From Chthonomonadales bacterium (GTDB lineage Bacteria; Armatimonadota; Chthonomonadetes; Chthonomonadales; CAJBBX01), in assembly GCA_037443035.1 (NCBI GenBank), contig JBBIPC010000003.1, forward strand, positions 1,937 through 58,850: a stretch of 56,914 nt of DNA, in the 5' to 3' direction. A program made the translations under genes and the position numbers. Under the pieces are notes generated by a model. The model did no database searches. It was not told the origin of the DNA and was given only the letters and a program-made list of their open reading frames with translations. Below are positions 9,687 to 20,441 of this stretch, in pieces. Every line of letters begins with the position of its first letter. The stretch's first letter is position 1.

Positions 9687-9762
9687 CATGCAGCGTCGGT
9701 GTAGTAGGTCCCATGAAGGACGACGACTCCCCGAGCACGTGTTGAAGGTTAGGAGGAAACTC

Positions 9763-11475
9763 GTGCGCAAACTCCCATTCGGCATACTCTGCATAGCAGG
9801 GCTGGCCCTGTCTCTCGGGCTTCCCCCTGCATCGGGACGCCTACTCACACAAAGCGATGACGATCGCGCGAAGATCGAAGCTGCCATGCCGACCCGGCCC
9901 TTCGCCAGACCCCTCAAGTCACGTCGGCTCCTCATCTACGACGGCAACGTGAACTACGGCGGCCATGCTTCTATTCCCACCGCAAACCTGGCATTCGCCT
10001 TGATGGGTAAGAAGACGGGTGCGTTCGAAACGGTTGTGAGCCGCGACCCGGCAGTGTTCAGCAAGGACAGCCTCGAGCGCTTCGATGCCGTGTTCTTCAA
10101 CAACACCGTCGGCAACCTTTTCACAGACCGGACGCTGAGGCGGAACCTTGCAGAGTTCGTGGTAGCCGGCGGCGGGCTCATGGGTGTTCACGGAACCACG
10201 GTGGCGTTCACGCAGTGGCCTGGCGCCACGGAGGATTGGCCCGAGTTCGGCTTCATGATTGGCGGCCGTGGGGCTGCCCATCTCGACGCCGAAGAACGTA
10301 TCCACGTCCGTGTCGAGGAGCCGAGCCATCCCCTCGCTGTGGCTCTGGATGGCAAGGACTTCGTGCACGCCGATGAGTTCTTCCGCGTAGGAGAACCCTA
10401 CTCGCGGCAGAGCGTGAGGGTCTTGCTCAGCATAGACAACGAGCGCTCGGCCAAGCTCCAGGGCAAAGAGAGAATCCAGAGGTTTCGGGATGACGATGAC
10501 TATGCCCTAGCTTGGATTCACAGCTACGGTCGGGGGCGTGTGTTCTACTCGACCATGGCCCATCATCCACGGGACTTCTGGGATCGCCGGCTGCTCCGCT
10601 TCTACTTGGCCGCGGCGCAGTTCGTCCTCGGAGACCTCCAGGCACCAACGATCCCCAGTGGCAAGCTCACGCCTGCAGTGCGGGCGGAGGAGAAGCTCGG
10701 TTGGAGGCTTGGTATCGAAGCCTACACGTTCCATCGCTTCAGCTTCTTCGAGACAGTGGACAGGGCGGTGGAACTGGGCATCCCGTATGTGGGCGCACTG
10801 AGCTTCCAACGGGTCGGAGGAGGAATCGACAAGAACTTCGATCCCGGGCTAACCGATGAAGAGCTCGAGCAGATTCGCCTGAAGCTCGCATCCGCGGGCG
10901 TCCGTCTGCTGACTTACTACGTTCAGGAGATTCCCGGCGACGAGGAGGGATGCCGCCGATACTTCGAGTTCGCCCGGAAGCTCGGGATCGAAACCTTCAT
11001 GACGGAGCCGAAGCTGGAGGCCCTCGACACTATCGAGCGCTACTGCGACGCCTACGATATCAAGGTGGGTCTCCACAACCACGACCGCAACGCATCGCCG
11101 AACTACTGGAGCCCGGAGGCCATCCTCAGAGTCTGCAAAGGACGGAGCAGCCGTATCGGCGCATGCGCGGATGTGGGTTACTGGATGCGGGGCGGCATAG
11201 ACCCGGTCGAGGGGATGCGCAAGCTCGGCAAGAGGCTTATCACCATTCAGATGCACGATCTTCACGAGCGCAGCCCGCAAGGCAGGGATGTTCCATGGGG
11301 TACGGGGGCAGGCCAGACGGAACGGTTGATTCGCGAAATGCACCGTCGGAAGATCCGACCTGTCATGTTCGGTCTGGAGTATTCCGACAAGTTCGAGAAT
11401 AACATGGCGGAGGTCCGCCAATGCGCTGAGTGGTTCGGAGCATTGAGCGTCCGCAGCGCTGGGCTGAAGCCATGA
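9763..11475 (+). CDS. Secreted ThuA-like domain fused to a sugar phosphate isomerase/epimerase (AP endonuclease 2) TIM barrel
   Basis: GTG 9763 after AGGAGG; signal peptide. ThuA motifs (HASIP, FNNT, GGGLMGVH, DEFF, GRVFYSTMAH), then YTFH, LHNH, DVGYW, MHD, DVPWGTG and LEY. Confidence 0.85.
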   Translation: MRKLPFGILCIAGLALSLGLPPASGRLLTQSDDDRAKIEAAMPTRPFARPLKSRRLLIYDGNVNYGGHASIPTANLAFALMGKKTGAFETVVSRDPAVFSKDSLERFDAVFFNNTVGNLFTDRTLRRNLAEFVVAGGGLMGVHGTTVAFTQWPGATEDWPEFGFMIGGRGAAHLDAEERIHVRVEEPSHPLAVALDGKDFVHADEFFRVGEPYSRQSVRVLLSIDNERSAKLQGKERIQRFRDDDDYALAWIHSYGRGRVFYSTMAHHPRDFWDRRLLRFYLAAAQFVLGDLQAPTIPSGKLTPAVRAEEKLGWRLGIEAYTFHRFSFFETVDRAVELGIPYVGALSFQRVGGGIDKNFDPGLTDEELEQIRLKLASAGVRLLTYYVQEIPGDEEGCRRYFEFARKLGIETFMTEPKLEALDTIERYCDAYDIKVGLHNHDRNASPNYWSPEAILRVCKGRSSRIGACADVGYWMRGGIDPVEGMRKLGKRLITIQMHDLHERSPQGRDVPWGTGAGQTERLIREMHRRKIRPVMFGLEYSDKFENNMAEVRQCAEWFGALSVRSAGLKP

Positions 11476-12848
11476 GCGAACAACGACCAACCAGGGAGAA
11501 GGGCATCACGCGTCGAGAGATCGTTCGCCGAACGGCCTTGAGCGTCGCTTCTGCTGCGACACCCTCCTTGATACCGGCCTCGGCGCTTGGCAAGGGCGCG
11601 CCTGCACCGAGCGAGCGTGTCGCTTGTGGTGTCATCGGTCTTGGCGCCATGGGGCTGGGCCACCTTGGCTGGTGTCTCGCTGATCCCGCGGTGGAGCTGA
11701 TCGCTGTGTGCGATGTGGACGCTGTTCGGCGGGAAGAAGGACGCCAGCGCGCTGAGGCAGCCTATCGTAACGCTGGGCGGACATCGTACCGCTGTGCCGC
11801 TTACAACGACTATCGCGATATGTTGGCCAGGCCCGACATTGACGCCGTGCTCATCGCAACGCCTGACCACTGGCATGCCCTTCAGTCGGTAGACGCCGCA
11901 CGCGCTGGCAAGGACGTCTACTGCGAGAAACCTATCTCCATGACCATCGAACAAGGGAGGCGTATCGTGGAGGTCGTGCAGAGGCACGGGTGCGTCTTTC
12001 AGACCGGCACTCAGTACCGAAGCGCTCCCACGATACGCCGCATCTGCGACTTCGTGCGCCGTGGCGGCCTTGGGAAGATAAGGCATGCCTTCACGGTGTG
12101 GATTGGCGTCGAGGGCGGTTACACGCCGGTAAGCAGAGACCTTCCGGCAGAACCGGTGCCCGAAGGGCTCGACTGGAACCTCTGGGTAGGTCCTGCGCCG
12201 TGGCGACCGTACAACAGGGCGTTCCATCGGAATCCCATTCCGGGCGTCGTGCCGTGGGCGTTCTGCGAGGACTTCGGCCGGGGTGCCATTACGTGGCATC
12301 ACTCCCACGACGCCGACGTGGTCCAGTACGGTCTGGGAGTCGAGGAGTCGGGGCCAGTGGAGATCTTCCCCCCCGGAATTGGGGGTTACCCCACGCTGAC
12401 CTTCCGCTATGCCAACGGCGTCCTGCTGCACCTACTCGACAATTGGGGGCAGATCAAGACGCTCTACCACGCTGTACCGGATAACGCTCGTATCGAGGGT
12501 CTGTTCGGCGGAGTTTTTGTCGGCGAACGGGGATGGGTGACGTCCATGACCGGAAGCGGTCCCATCGAAGGCGGGCCACCCGAGATTTTCGAGGAGATGG
12601 GCATGCGCGACCGGTTCCTAGCCGGCGGCAACAGCCATCACGCGAACTGGCTGGAGTGCATCCGAACCCGCGGCAAGACAAGCACGGGAGCCGAGATCGG
12701 CCATCGCACAGCATCGGTAGGGCATCTGGCCATCATTGGCTTCCGACTTGGCAGACGACTTCGATGGGATCCGGCCAAGGAGGTATTCGACGACGCAGAA
12801 GCGAATCGCATGCGTTCCCGAGCCATGCGGGAGCCCTGGAGGATGTGA
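11472..12848 (+). CDS. Gfo/Idh/MocA oxidoreductase with Tat signal
   Basis: ATGA overlap with the upstream stop. TRREIVRR twin-arginine signal; GLGAMG, ATPDHWH, YCEKP, QTGTQYRS and LWVGPAP motifs. Confidence 0.9.
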   Translation: MSEQRPTREKGITRREIVRRTALSVASAATPSLIPASALGKGAPAPSERVACGVIGLGAMGLGHLGWCLADPAVELIAVCDVDAVRREEGRQRAEAAYRNAGRTSYRCAAYNDYRDMLARPDIDAVLIATPDHWHALQSVDAARAGKDVYCEKPISMTIEQGRRIVEVVQRHGCVFQTGTQYRSAPTIRRICDFVRRGGLGKIRHAFTVWIGVEGGYTPVSRDLPAEPVPEGLDWNLWVGPAPWRPYNRAFHRNPIPGVVPWAFCEDFGRGAITWHHSHDADVVQYGLGVEESGPVEIFPPGIGGYPTLTFRYANGVLLHLLDNWGQIKTLYHAVPDNARIEGLFGGVFVGERGWVTSMTGSGPIEGGPPEIFEEMGMRDRFLAGGNSHHANWLECIRTRGKTSTGAEIGHRTASVGHLAIIGFRLGRRLRWDPAKEVFDDAEANRMRSRAMREPWRM

Positions 12849-12936
12849 GCACCGCCCGCCACGACGGATATCCAGCGATACATGTCCGCTGGGGTACACT
12901 GGCTGGACTGGATTGAAGAAGTCGGGAGTGAACATC

Positions 12937-14214
12937 ATGAGGTTGTCCGTAGCGCTCGCAATTTGGAGCGTCATGGGGGGGCTTGTCGCATGCCAAAGAT
13001 CGGCGCCAGGCGTAGCGTCTAGCGTCGGTTTCGGTTCTGCTGCAGCTCCAACCCAAACACCAACAACAGGCGGCAGCGATTGGCCACGCTTTCTAGGTCC
13101 GAGCGCCAACAACCTCTCACCGGAAAAAGGGATCAACAAGGACTGGACCAACAGACCACCCAAGCCCCTCTGGAAGGTAGACCTCAGCGACAACGGTTAC
13201 GCGGGTCCGGCTGTAGCTGGAGGGAAGGTCTTCATCATAGACCACGCTGGTAGCCGGGACGTTGTTCGCGCGCTAGACCTCAAGACAGGTGCCGACGTCT
13301 GGACCTTCGCGTACGAGGACACGGCCTCCGCAAACTACGGCTATGCACGATCCACGCCGGCGATCTCTGCCGGAAAGGTGTACACCATCAGCCGACTGGG
13401 CCTCGTCCATTGCCTGGACGCCGCTACGGGCAAGCTCATATGGTCCAGGGACGTGGCCAAAGACTTCGGCACCAAGCGTCCTGATTGGGACCTGGCCGGG
13501 TCGCCTGTGTTGGATGGAGACCGCCTCGTGCTTGCGCCAGGGGGACAGAATGCAGCCATCGTGGTCCTGAACAAGGACACCGGCCAGACCATGCTCCAGG
13601 GCGGAGGTGACGTCGTAACCGGCTACGCAACGCCGGTTATCGCCGCGATCAATGGAGTGAAGCAGTACGTCATCTTCACTGCCAAGTCCGTCAGGGGAGT
13701 GTCGGCTGCGGACGGACAAGTGCTCTGGTCGGTTCCTTGGGAGACATCCTACGATGTCAATGCACCCACGCCCATCGTCATCGGGAACACAGTGTTCGTT
13801 ACCAGTGGATACGGCAAGGGCTGCGCACTCATTGACGTGAAGGCCGACGGCGCCTCGATACGCTGGCAGTCCCGCGATCTGGTCTCACGTTTCAACACCC
13901 CGGTCTGCTGGCAGAACAAGATCTACGGCATCGGCGAACCCGGCAACATGGTCTGCCTGGACCCCATGACGGGCCAGCTCCATTGGAAACAGTCTGGCTT
14001 TGAATGGGGTGGCCTCGTCCTGGTAGACGGTGTGCTCATCGCCATGGACGGCCGGACGGGCACCTGCGTCATGGTCCGAGCCGTCCCAGAGGGCTATCAG
14101 GAAATGGGGCGGTTCACCCCTCTGGGAGGTCAGAGCTGGACTGCCCCTGTCATAGCCCAGGGGCGCCTCATCATCCGCAACACCAAGGCGATTGCCTGCT
14201 TCGACCTGAGATAG
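12937..14214 (+). CDS. PQQ-like (BamB-type) beta-propeller lipoprotein
   Basis: MRLSVALAIW...LVAC lipobox; DWPRFLGP; repeated ALDxKTGxxxW blades. Confidence 0.85.
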   Translation: MRLSVALAIWSVMGGLVACQRSAPGVASSVGFGSAAAPTQTPTTGGSDWPRFLGPSANNLSPEKGINKDWTNRPPKPLWKVDLSDNGYAGPAVAGGKVFIIDHAGSRDVVRALDLKTGADVWTFAYEDTASANYGYARSTPAISAGKVYTISRLGLVHCLDAATGKLIWSRDVAKDFGTKRPDWDLAGSPVLDGDRLVLAPGGQNAAIVVLNKDTGQTMLQGGGDVVTGYATPVIAAINGVKQYVIFTAKSVRGVSAADGQVLWSVPWETSYDVNAPTPIVIGNTVFVTSGYGKGCALIDVKADGASIRWQSRDLVSRFNTPVCWQNKIYGIGEPGNMVCLDPMTGQLHWKQSGFEWGGLVLVDGVLIAMDGRTGTCVMVRAVPEGYQEMGRFTPLGGQSWTAPVIAQGRLIIRNTKAIACFDLR

Positions 14215-14379
14215 GCGTAAGAGCACCGAGGGGCGCTCCATGCCTCGACTGCGAGTGCCCTCCTGGCGGGATGGGACACCATCGGCAGAACGTGGTAATG
14301 TATGTGGCGAGTGATTTGGGACCTGCGTTCGTCTAGGTAAGTATCCGATCCGCACACCCGGTACCAGGGAGGCCCGGAA

Positions 14380-15339
14380 ATGCTTCGCGTACCCCCATGG
14401 TCAGCAGTAAGCGCCCTGATCACTCTTGCCGCGACCATCGTTGCCGTGCCAGCCGTGGCAGATGGCCTGTTCTTCCCGGACCGAGCATCCTTCCTCCGCT
14501 ACCGGGAGAAGGCCTACATCCACGAGCCCGAACAGAAGGCAGCCATCATCTTCCGAAACGGCATGGAGGACCTGATCATCAGTCCTCGGTTCTCGGGTCC
14601 TGCAGCACGGTTCGCATGGGTGATCCCCACGCCTTCTCGTCCGTCGGTGGGCAAGGTGGACGGTGCGTTGTTCCACGAGCTGTCCAGACTAGCCGTCCAA
14701 TACCAACCTAGACCCTCAGGTCGCGAGGGAAAGCAAGCGCTTGGCGGCACGCAATCCGTGACCGTCCTCGAGCGAAAGCCTGTCGGGGCCTACGATGTTG
14801 CCGTCCTGCAGGCCGACGATCCCCGTGCCCTTCTCCAGTGGCTCCGCCAGAACGACTTCGCAGTGCCACCCAAGGCGGAGAAACCGATTCGAGACCACAT
14901 TCGCGAGAAATGGACGTTCGTCGCCATGCGGGTGCGTGTGCCGGAGGCCGCGCGCGGTCTGCGGGAGGGCACCCTCGCGCCGATTCGGCTCACGTTCCCG
15001 AGCAAGACGCCCGTCTATCCTCTCCGTCTTTCGTGGGCGCTGCCCTCTGCATTCCGGGTCCTTGTCTATTTCGTCCTGCCTTACCAGGCAACAGCGGAAC
15101 CACCTCGAGCGGTGGTAGCGGTCAGCTTGTGGGGACGAGACCTGCCTGTGTACAGGACGTGGGATGGCATTCCGTCGCGGCACGGAGCGCGTAGTCTCGC
15201 GAGACTTGTCTCTGGACCGGTGGCCATTTATCCGTACAGATGGTGGTGGGAGCCCAAGAGGTGCAGAGAGGACTTGACCTTCGTCGTCCGGCCACAAGCC
15301 CGGAACATTCCGGCACCTGTCGCGCCAGTGCGACAGTAG
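14380..15339 (+). CDS. DUF2330 domain protein
   Basis: Signal peptide; FAWVIPTPSRP, LFHEL, VGAYDVAVL, WLRQNDF, WTFVAMR and PVYPLRL motifs. Confidence 0.8.
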   Translation: MLRVPPWSAVSALITLAATIVAVPAVADGLFFPDRASFLRYREKAYIHEPEQKAAIIFRNGMEDLIISPRFSGPAARFAWVIPTPSRPSVGKVDGALFHELSRLAVQYQPRPSGREGKQALGGTQSVTVLERKPVGAYDVAVLQADDPRALLQWLRQNDFAVPPKAEKPIRDHIREKWTFVAMRVRVPEAARGLREGTLAPIRLTFPSKTPVYPLRLSWALPSAFRVLVYFVLPYQATAEPPRAVVAVSLWGRDLPVYRTWDGIPSRHGARSLARLVSGPVAIYPYRWWWEPKRCREDLTFVVRPQARNIPAPVAPVRQ

Positions 15340-15400
15340 CGACAGACAGTGTCGGGAGCGGGAACGAACAATCTGGAGTGCAATCACTCCGCTTCGGAGC

Positions 15401-16849
15401 ATGCAAATGAGCCTCATCATCGCTGCTGTGTTCGGCGGGGCACTGCTCGCCACTGTGTCTCAGGGGGTGACTCCGGGAAATGTTGCCATCGCTCCGGCAC
15501 CTCAGGGTGAGCGTCTTTCGGACCAGTTCCAGGTAACCGTCGACGGACGCCCAGCGCCAGTGTACGTGGTCCGCGTCGCCCCGAGGGAGCAGGACCGCCG
15601 CTGGAAAGCCATGGACGACAAGGCCAACTCGGCGCTCTACTACGAGGAGGCATCGTTCGTCACCTTCGACATGAATGGACCTGTCCGCATCGTCGTGAGC
15701 TGCAACGAGCCCGTTCGGTCGGTGCGCATTCTCCCGTCCGCACTGGCGATCCGGCCATCGGTCCGAAACAGTACGATCAGCTTCACGCTCCAGCGTCCTA
15801 GGCCGGTGACCGTGGAGGTGAACGACGAATGGGTGCGCTCGCTTCACATCCTTGCGAACCCGCCAGAACGGGATAGGCCACGGCCAGATGATCCGGACGT
15901 CATTTACTTCGGCCCGGGCATTCATGAAGTCAGCCATATGGTGATCGGCAGCAACAAGACCGTCTACATCGCAGCCGGCGCCGTCGTCAGAGCCGTGATC
16001 CGCCCCGATGAGCCATTTTCCATCAGCGGCTACAGTGGTCTGAAAAACTACGCTCCGACCTTCGAGCTTCGGGGTTCCAATATCCGCTTCCGCGGAAGGG
16101 GCATCCTAGACGGCACAGCCCTGACGACGCATGCACGTCACCTTCTCTGGGTCCAAGGCTCCGATGTGGACATCGAGGGCGTCATTCTGCGAGACGGACC
16201 GACTTGGCACATCCCCATTCGTCAGTCTGACCGCGTTCGGGTGCGCAACATCAAGATACTGGGCTATCGCGCCAACTCCGACGGCATAGATATCTGCAAT
16301 AGCCGCGATGTCACGGTGGAGGATTGCTTCCTGCGGACGCTGGATGACCTGATCGTGGTCAAGACCGACCGGGGTGCGGGCAAGGCAGAGAGGATCGCAG
16401 CCCGACGATGTGTGCTCTGGAACGAGGTCGCCCATGCACTGAGCATCGGGGCAGAGCTGCGCGAGGATGTGAACGACGTTCTGTTCGAGGACTGCGACGT
16501 GATCCATGACAAAGGCCGGGAATGGACCCTGCGCATCTATCACTGCGATTCTGCGCACATCACGAACACCCGGTTCCGCAACATCCGCGTCGAAGAGTCC
16601 CAGCGGCTCATCTCGCTCTGGATCGGCTCCGCAGTATGGACGAGGGACGCAGAGCGGGGCCATATCCGCGGCGTGACGTTCGAGGATATCCGGGCATCAG
16701 GCGAACCCTGCACCATCCAGTTGGTGGGGTACGACGCTGATCACGCAATCGAGAATGTCGAGTTCCGCAACGTCATCGTCAACGACAGACCCATCCGCGC
16801 CAGCGACGTCAAGTCCAACGACTTCGTGCGAGGCATCCAGGTGCGATAG
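15401..16849 (+). CDS. GH28-like beta-helix glycoside hydrolase, secreted
   Basis: Signal peptide; YFGPGIH, GRGILDG, NSDGID, LDDLIVVK and HALSIG motifs. Confidence 0.8.
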   Translation: MQMSLIIAAVFGGALLATVSQGVTPGNVAIAPAPQGERLSDQFQVTVDGRPAPVYVVRVAPREQDRRWKAMDDKANSALYYEEASFVTFDMNGPVRIVVSCNEPVRSVRILPSALAIRPSVRNSTISFTLQRPRPVTVEVNDEWVRSLHILANPPERDRPRPDDPDVIYFGPGIHEVSHMVIGSNKTVYIAAGAVVRAVIRPDEPFSISGYSGLKNYAPTFELRGSNIRFRGRGILDGTALTTHARHLLWVQGSDVDIEGVILRDGPTWHIPIRQSDRVRVRNIKILGYRANSDGIDICNSRDVTVEDCFLRTLDDLIVVKTDRGAGKAERIAARRCVLWNEVAHALSIGAELREDVNDVLFEDCDVIHDKGREWTLRIYHCDSAHITNTRFRNIRVEESQRLISLWIGSAVWTRDAERGHIRGVTFEDIRASGEPCTIQLVGYDADHAIENVEFRNVIVNDRPIRASDVKSNDFVRGIQVR

Positions 16850-16868
16850 CCGGATGCAGAGAGTGACT

Positions 16869-16897
16869 AGCCCGTCCCGAAGGAGCTCCTACGGGCT
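16869..16897. terminator. Hairpin between convergent genes
   Basis: AGCCCGT...ACGGGCT inverted repeat in the gap. Confidence 0.4.
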
Positions 16898-17952
16898 CAC
16901 GTTTTCTGGAATCTCACCCTTACTCCCACCTTGATGGTGCGCTCGGGCGCCCGGAAGATGTCAGGCAGAACTGCAGGAGCTTCCTCGAAGGACACGATGG
17001 GGTGGACAACGCCCTCGCCGGTAAGGAGACCTGCACGGAATAGCTCGATGGTGGTCTCGAAAGCCCGCTCGTGGGTCCACAGCGGGTAGGAGCGGTCCGG
17101 GCAGCCCCAACCGGCCCATGCCTGGCTGCCGACAATGGTGGGCCGGTTGAGATGGAACTCCTCGTCGAGATGGAGCGCTGAGCAATCGTGAGGGCCCCAC
17201 GGCACGTGTACCACGGTGCCGCACTGCCGGATACATCGTATGGCGTCGTGCAGTGCTGCAGCATTGCCCGATGTCTCGATGGACACGTCCACACCGGCTC
17301 CACCCATAGCGCGCTTGATCTCCAGGGCAGCATCGCACTCGCGTGGATCGTATGCGCCATCTGCCCCGAACCGCAGAGCCGCTGCCCTGCGAATAGCGAT
17401 AGGGTCTACTGCAAAGATCCGTAGAGCGCCGCCGATCCTCGCGATCTGGACTGCCATCAGCCCGATGGCTCCCAGGCCGTACACTGCCACATGGTCACCG
17501 ACGCGGATGTTGCCGTCCCGCACTGCCACGAACGCCACATGCGCTGGGTCCACGCAGACGCAATCCTCCTCCGCCAATGTGCCGACGGCATGCCAACTCG
17601 ACTCCGGCGCCTGGTGTTCCTCGCGAACCGGTCCGTACCCGAAGACACGATCACCTGGCTTCCAGCGAGTCACGCTGGGCCCAACCTGCTGCACAGTGCC
17701 CACCACCATGTTGCCGATACCCCTCTCGGTCTCTGCCGCACTGGGCGGCTCCGTGCGAGGCAGGAACATGCGGAGATCTGGATCCCACCGCTTCCTGTCG
17801 AAAGCACTGCCCTCGATCGCATGTTTCTCCGTTCCGTGCTTGGGCGCCGCGAACGTCACGCGAACACGCACGTCGTTGGGGCCGAGGCGCGGAAGACTCT
17901 GCTCTCGTATCGCGTAGCTCAATCCGTCGTATGTGACAATGGCTCTGGGCAC
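16897..17952 (-). CDS. Medium-chain dehydrogenase/reductase (zinc-binding ADH superfamily)
   Basis: GroES-like domain, YGLGAIG Rossmann motif and IETSG. The catalytic Zn Cys position reads KHGTE. Confidence 0.85.
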   Translation of the reverse strand: MPRAIVTYDGLSYAIREQSLPRLGPNDVRVRVTFAAPKHGTEKHAIEGSAFDRKRWDPDLRMFLPRTEPPSAAETERGIGNMVVGTVQQVGPSVTRWKPGDRVFGYGPVREEHQAPESSWHAVGTLAEEDCVCVDPAHVAFVAVRDGNIRVGDHVAVYGLGAIGLMAVQIARIGGALRIFAVDPIAIRRAAALRFGADGAYDPRECDAALEIKRAMGGAGVDVSIETSGNAAALHDAIRCIRQCGTVVHVPWGPHDCSALHLDEEFHLNRPTIVGSQAWAGWGCPDRSYPLWTHERAFETTIELFRAGLLTGEGVVHPIVSFEEAPAVLPDIFRAPERTIKVGVRVRFQKT

Positions 17953-17997
17953 AGTGGTCCTCCTGGCGCGCGTCGCCCGCTGGTTTCCCCGGGCTAC

Positions 17998-19404
17998 CTA
18001 GCCCCACTGCGAATGAAAGATGCCCTGCCGGTCCACGCGCTCGTAGGTGTGGGCACCGAAGAGATCCCGCTGCGCCTGGATGAGGTTCGCCGGCAGCCGT
18101 TCGCGACGGTAGCCATCGTAGTAAGCCAGAGCCGCCGAAAACGCTGGGACTGGTACGCCACTCTCGATAGCCGCAGCCACGACACGCCGCCAGTTCGTCT
18201 GGGTTCGCTCGATGATCTCGCGGAAGTACGGTGCCAGGAGAAGATTGGACAGGTCCGGCTCGGCGTCATACGCCTCCTTGATGCGGTTGAGGAACCGCGC
18301 GCGGATGATGCAGCCCCCTCGCCAGATCATGGCGATCTCGCCCGGCTTGAGCCCCCAGCCGTACTCGCCGTCAGCCATGCGCATGAGCTGGAAGCCCTGG
18401 GCATAGGCAACCACCTTGCTCGCGTACAGAGCATCCCGCACAGCCTCGATCCACTCTTCTTTGGACCCCTCCAATCTCGGTGTCGGCCCTCCAAGGATGC
18501 GTGATGCTGCCACGCGCTCCGCCTTCATGGCAGAAAGGTAGCGTGCAAAGACAGCCTCGGTGATGGCTGTTACAGGTACCCCCAGCTCGAGCGCTGAATC
18601 GGAAGTCCACTTGCCGGTACCCTTCTGACCAGCGCGGTCCAATACTATGTCCACAAGAAAGCCGCCAGTCTCAGGGTCCCTTGTGCGGAAGATCTGGGCA
18701 GTTATCTCGATGAGATAGGAGCTGAGGTCACCCTCGTTCCAAGAAGCGAACGTGGCACTGATTTCGTCGTTACTCAGTCCCACGGCATTCTTCAGGAGAT
18801 CGTAGGCTTCGGCGATGAGCTGCATGTCCGCGTACTCGATACCGTTGTGGACCATTTTCACGTAATGACCGGCACCGCCCGGCCCGATGTACGTGCAGCA
18901 AGGCGTTCCGTCCACCTGAGCGGCGATGCGCTCGAAGATCGGCGCCACACGCTCGTACGCTTCGCGCTTACCCCCAGGCATGATAGCCGGACCCAGAAGC
19001 GCGCCCTCTTCGCCACCGGAAACTCCTGTCCCAATATAGAGGAACCCGTCGGCCTCGAGCTCCGCTGCGCGCCGAGCCGTGTCCTGGAAGAAGGAGTTTC
19101 CGCCGTCAATCAGTAGATCCCCGGCGCTCAGGTGGGGCTTCAGCCCAGCGATGACGTCATCCACTGGTTTGCCGGCTTTCACCATCATCATGATCGTCCG
19201 AGGTGGCTCTATGGCAGCCACGAACGATGCGAGATCGTCGCAAGGCACGAAGACACCTTCCGAGCCATGCTGTTCGATGAAGCGATGGGTTGTCTCGACA
19301 GTCCGATTATGGACTGCCACTGAAAAGCCCTTGCTGGCGATGTTCCTTGCAAGGTTCTGACCCATGACGGCAAGGCCGGTCAAGCCGAAACGGGGTTTGC
19401 TCAT
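17998..19404 (-). CDS. gnd: NADP-dependent 6-phosphogluconate dehydrogenase
   Basis: Start ATG 19404. [49 protein letters not shown] and [12 protein letters not shown] motifs. Confidence 0.97.
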   Translation of the reverse strand: MSKPRFGLTGLAVMGQNLARNIASKGFSVAVHNRTVETTHRFIEQHGSEGVFVPCDDLASFVAAIEPPRTIMMMVKAGKPVDDVIAGLKPHLSAGDLLIDGGNSFFQDTARRAAELEADGFLYIGTGVSGGEEGALLGPAIMPGGKREAYERVAPIFERIAAQVDGTPCCTYIGPGGAGHYVKMVHNGIEYADMQLIAEAYDLLKNAVGLSNDEISATFASWNEGDLSSYLIEITAQIFRTRDPETGGFLVDIVLDRAGQKGTGKWTSDSALELGVPVTAITEAVFARYLSAMKAERVAASRILGGPTPRLEGSKEEWIEAVRDALYASKVVAYAQGFQLMRMADGEYGWGLKPGEIAMIWRGGCIIRARFLNRIKEAYDAEPDLSNLLLAPYFREIIERTQTNWRRVVAAAIESGVPVPAFSAALAYYDGYRRERLPANLIQAQRDLFGAHTYERVDRQGIFHSQWG

Positions 19405-20441
19405 TGCTCTTCGTCCTTTCTTGCGGTGTCCGGCGGTTTGGCGCGTGCCAGAAGTGTGGCAGGAGGCTCGGTATGGGGCCACGCAAACGCATGCCTGAAC
19501 GCCGCGTCCTGACAGGCTCGCAACTGTCGGAAATCAATGATATCGTGTATCAGCAAGTTCTCGTACTCGAAGGGCAGCCGCACATTGTGGAGTCCCGCGT
19601 TGTCCGTACAGATGGCAACGTCCACGCCCGCCTGCTCGCACAGTTCGAATACGGTGCGAAGTTCGCTCAGGTCACGCAGTGTGCCGGTCTTCAGGTAGGT
19701 TGTCGGGCAAATCTCCAGGCACTGCCGACGTTCTGCAAGCTGTGGAAGGAGCTCAGGAAAGCGCAAGGGAATCTGCACTCCATGGCCGATGCGGTCGAGG
19801 ACCGGCAGAAGCTCTGGGTGGCAACCTCTCGGAGTCTCGTAGACATGACCTGTCGTGTGCAGACCCAAGGCACGTGCGTGCTCGTAAAGCGCAACGAACT
19901 CGTCCAGACGCTCCCCGTACAGATGGTCAGGCCCCGCCAGATCCACACCGCACACCCTGTCGGGCATGGCTGCAGCAAGCTCCACGACAGTCTTGTTGAC
20001 CTCGTACGGCAAGCGGCTGTGCATGCAGAGGATCTGACTGAAGACGATGGGATACTCCGGCTGCTGACCGGCCTGCGCTATCGTCTCGACGATGCTTGCC
20101 ATGGCGTCGAGCCGCTCTGTGATGGACTTCTCAGGGTCCGTGCGGAGATACGGCGTGTAGCGTAGCTCCATGTAGGCGATGGATTCGAAGACGTACGCGC
20201 CGCGCACCAACTTGGAGACGAAATAGGCAAGCGTCTCGGGCCGCTGCACCGACTCCACCATCGTGTGCAGCTCGAGATACTCCTCCAGGCTGTTCCGAGG
20301 CCGTGTAACGTGATGCTCGAGACTCTCGTACGTCGGGTACTCAGCAGCCAGGGGATGACACGTCCTGTGGAGATAGCGCCAGAAAATGCGCGGGACCACG
20401 GCGCCCCCCAGGTGCCGGTGTAGTTCCGCATGCAAGGACAT
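19401..20441 (-). CDS. add: Adenosine deaminase family protein
   Basis: [31 protein letters not shown] and TDN motifs. Stop overlaps the gnd start (ATGA). Confidence 0.8.
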   Translation of the reverse strand: MSLHAELHRHLGGAVVPRIFWRYLHRTCHPLAAEYPTYESLEHHVTRPRNSLEEYLELHTMVESVQRPETLAYFVSKLVRGAYVFESIAYMELRYTPYLRTDPEKSITERLDAMASIVETIAQAGQQPEYPIVFSQILCMHSRLPYEVNKTVVELAAAMPDRVCGVDLAGPDHLYGERLDEFVALYEHARALGLHTTGHVYETPRGCHPELLPVLDRIGHGVQIPLRFPELLPQLAERRQCLEICPTTYLKTGTLRDLSELRTVFELCEQAGVDVAICTDNAGLHNVRLPFEYENLLIHDIIDFRQLRACQDAAFRHAFAWPHTEPPATLLARAKPPDTARKDEEQ

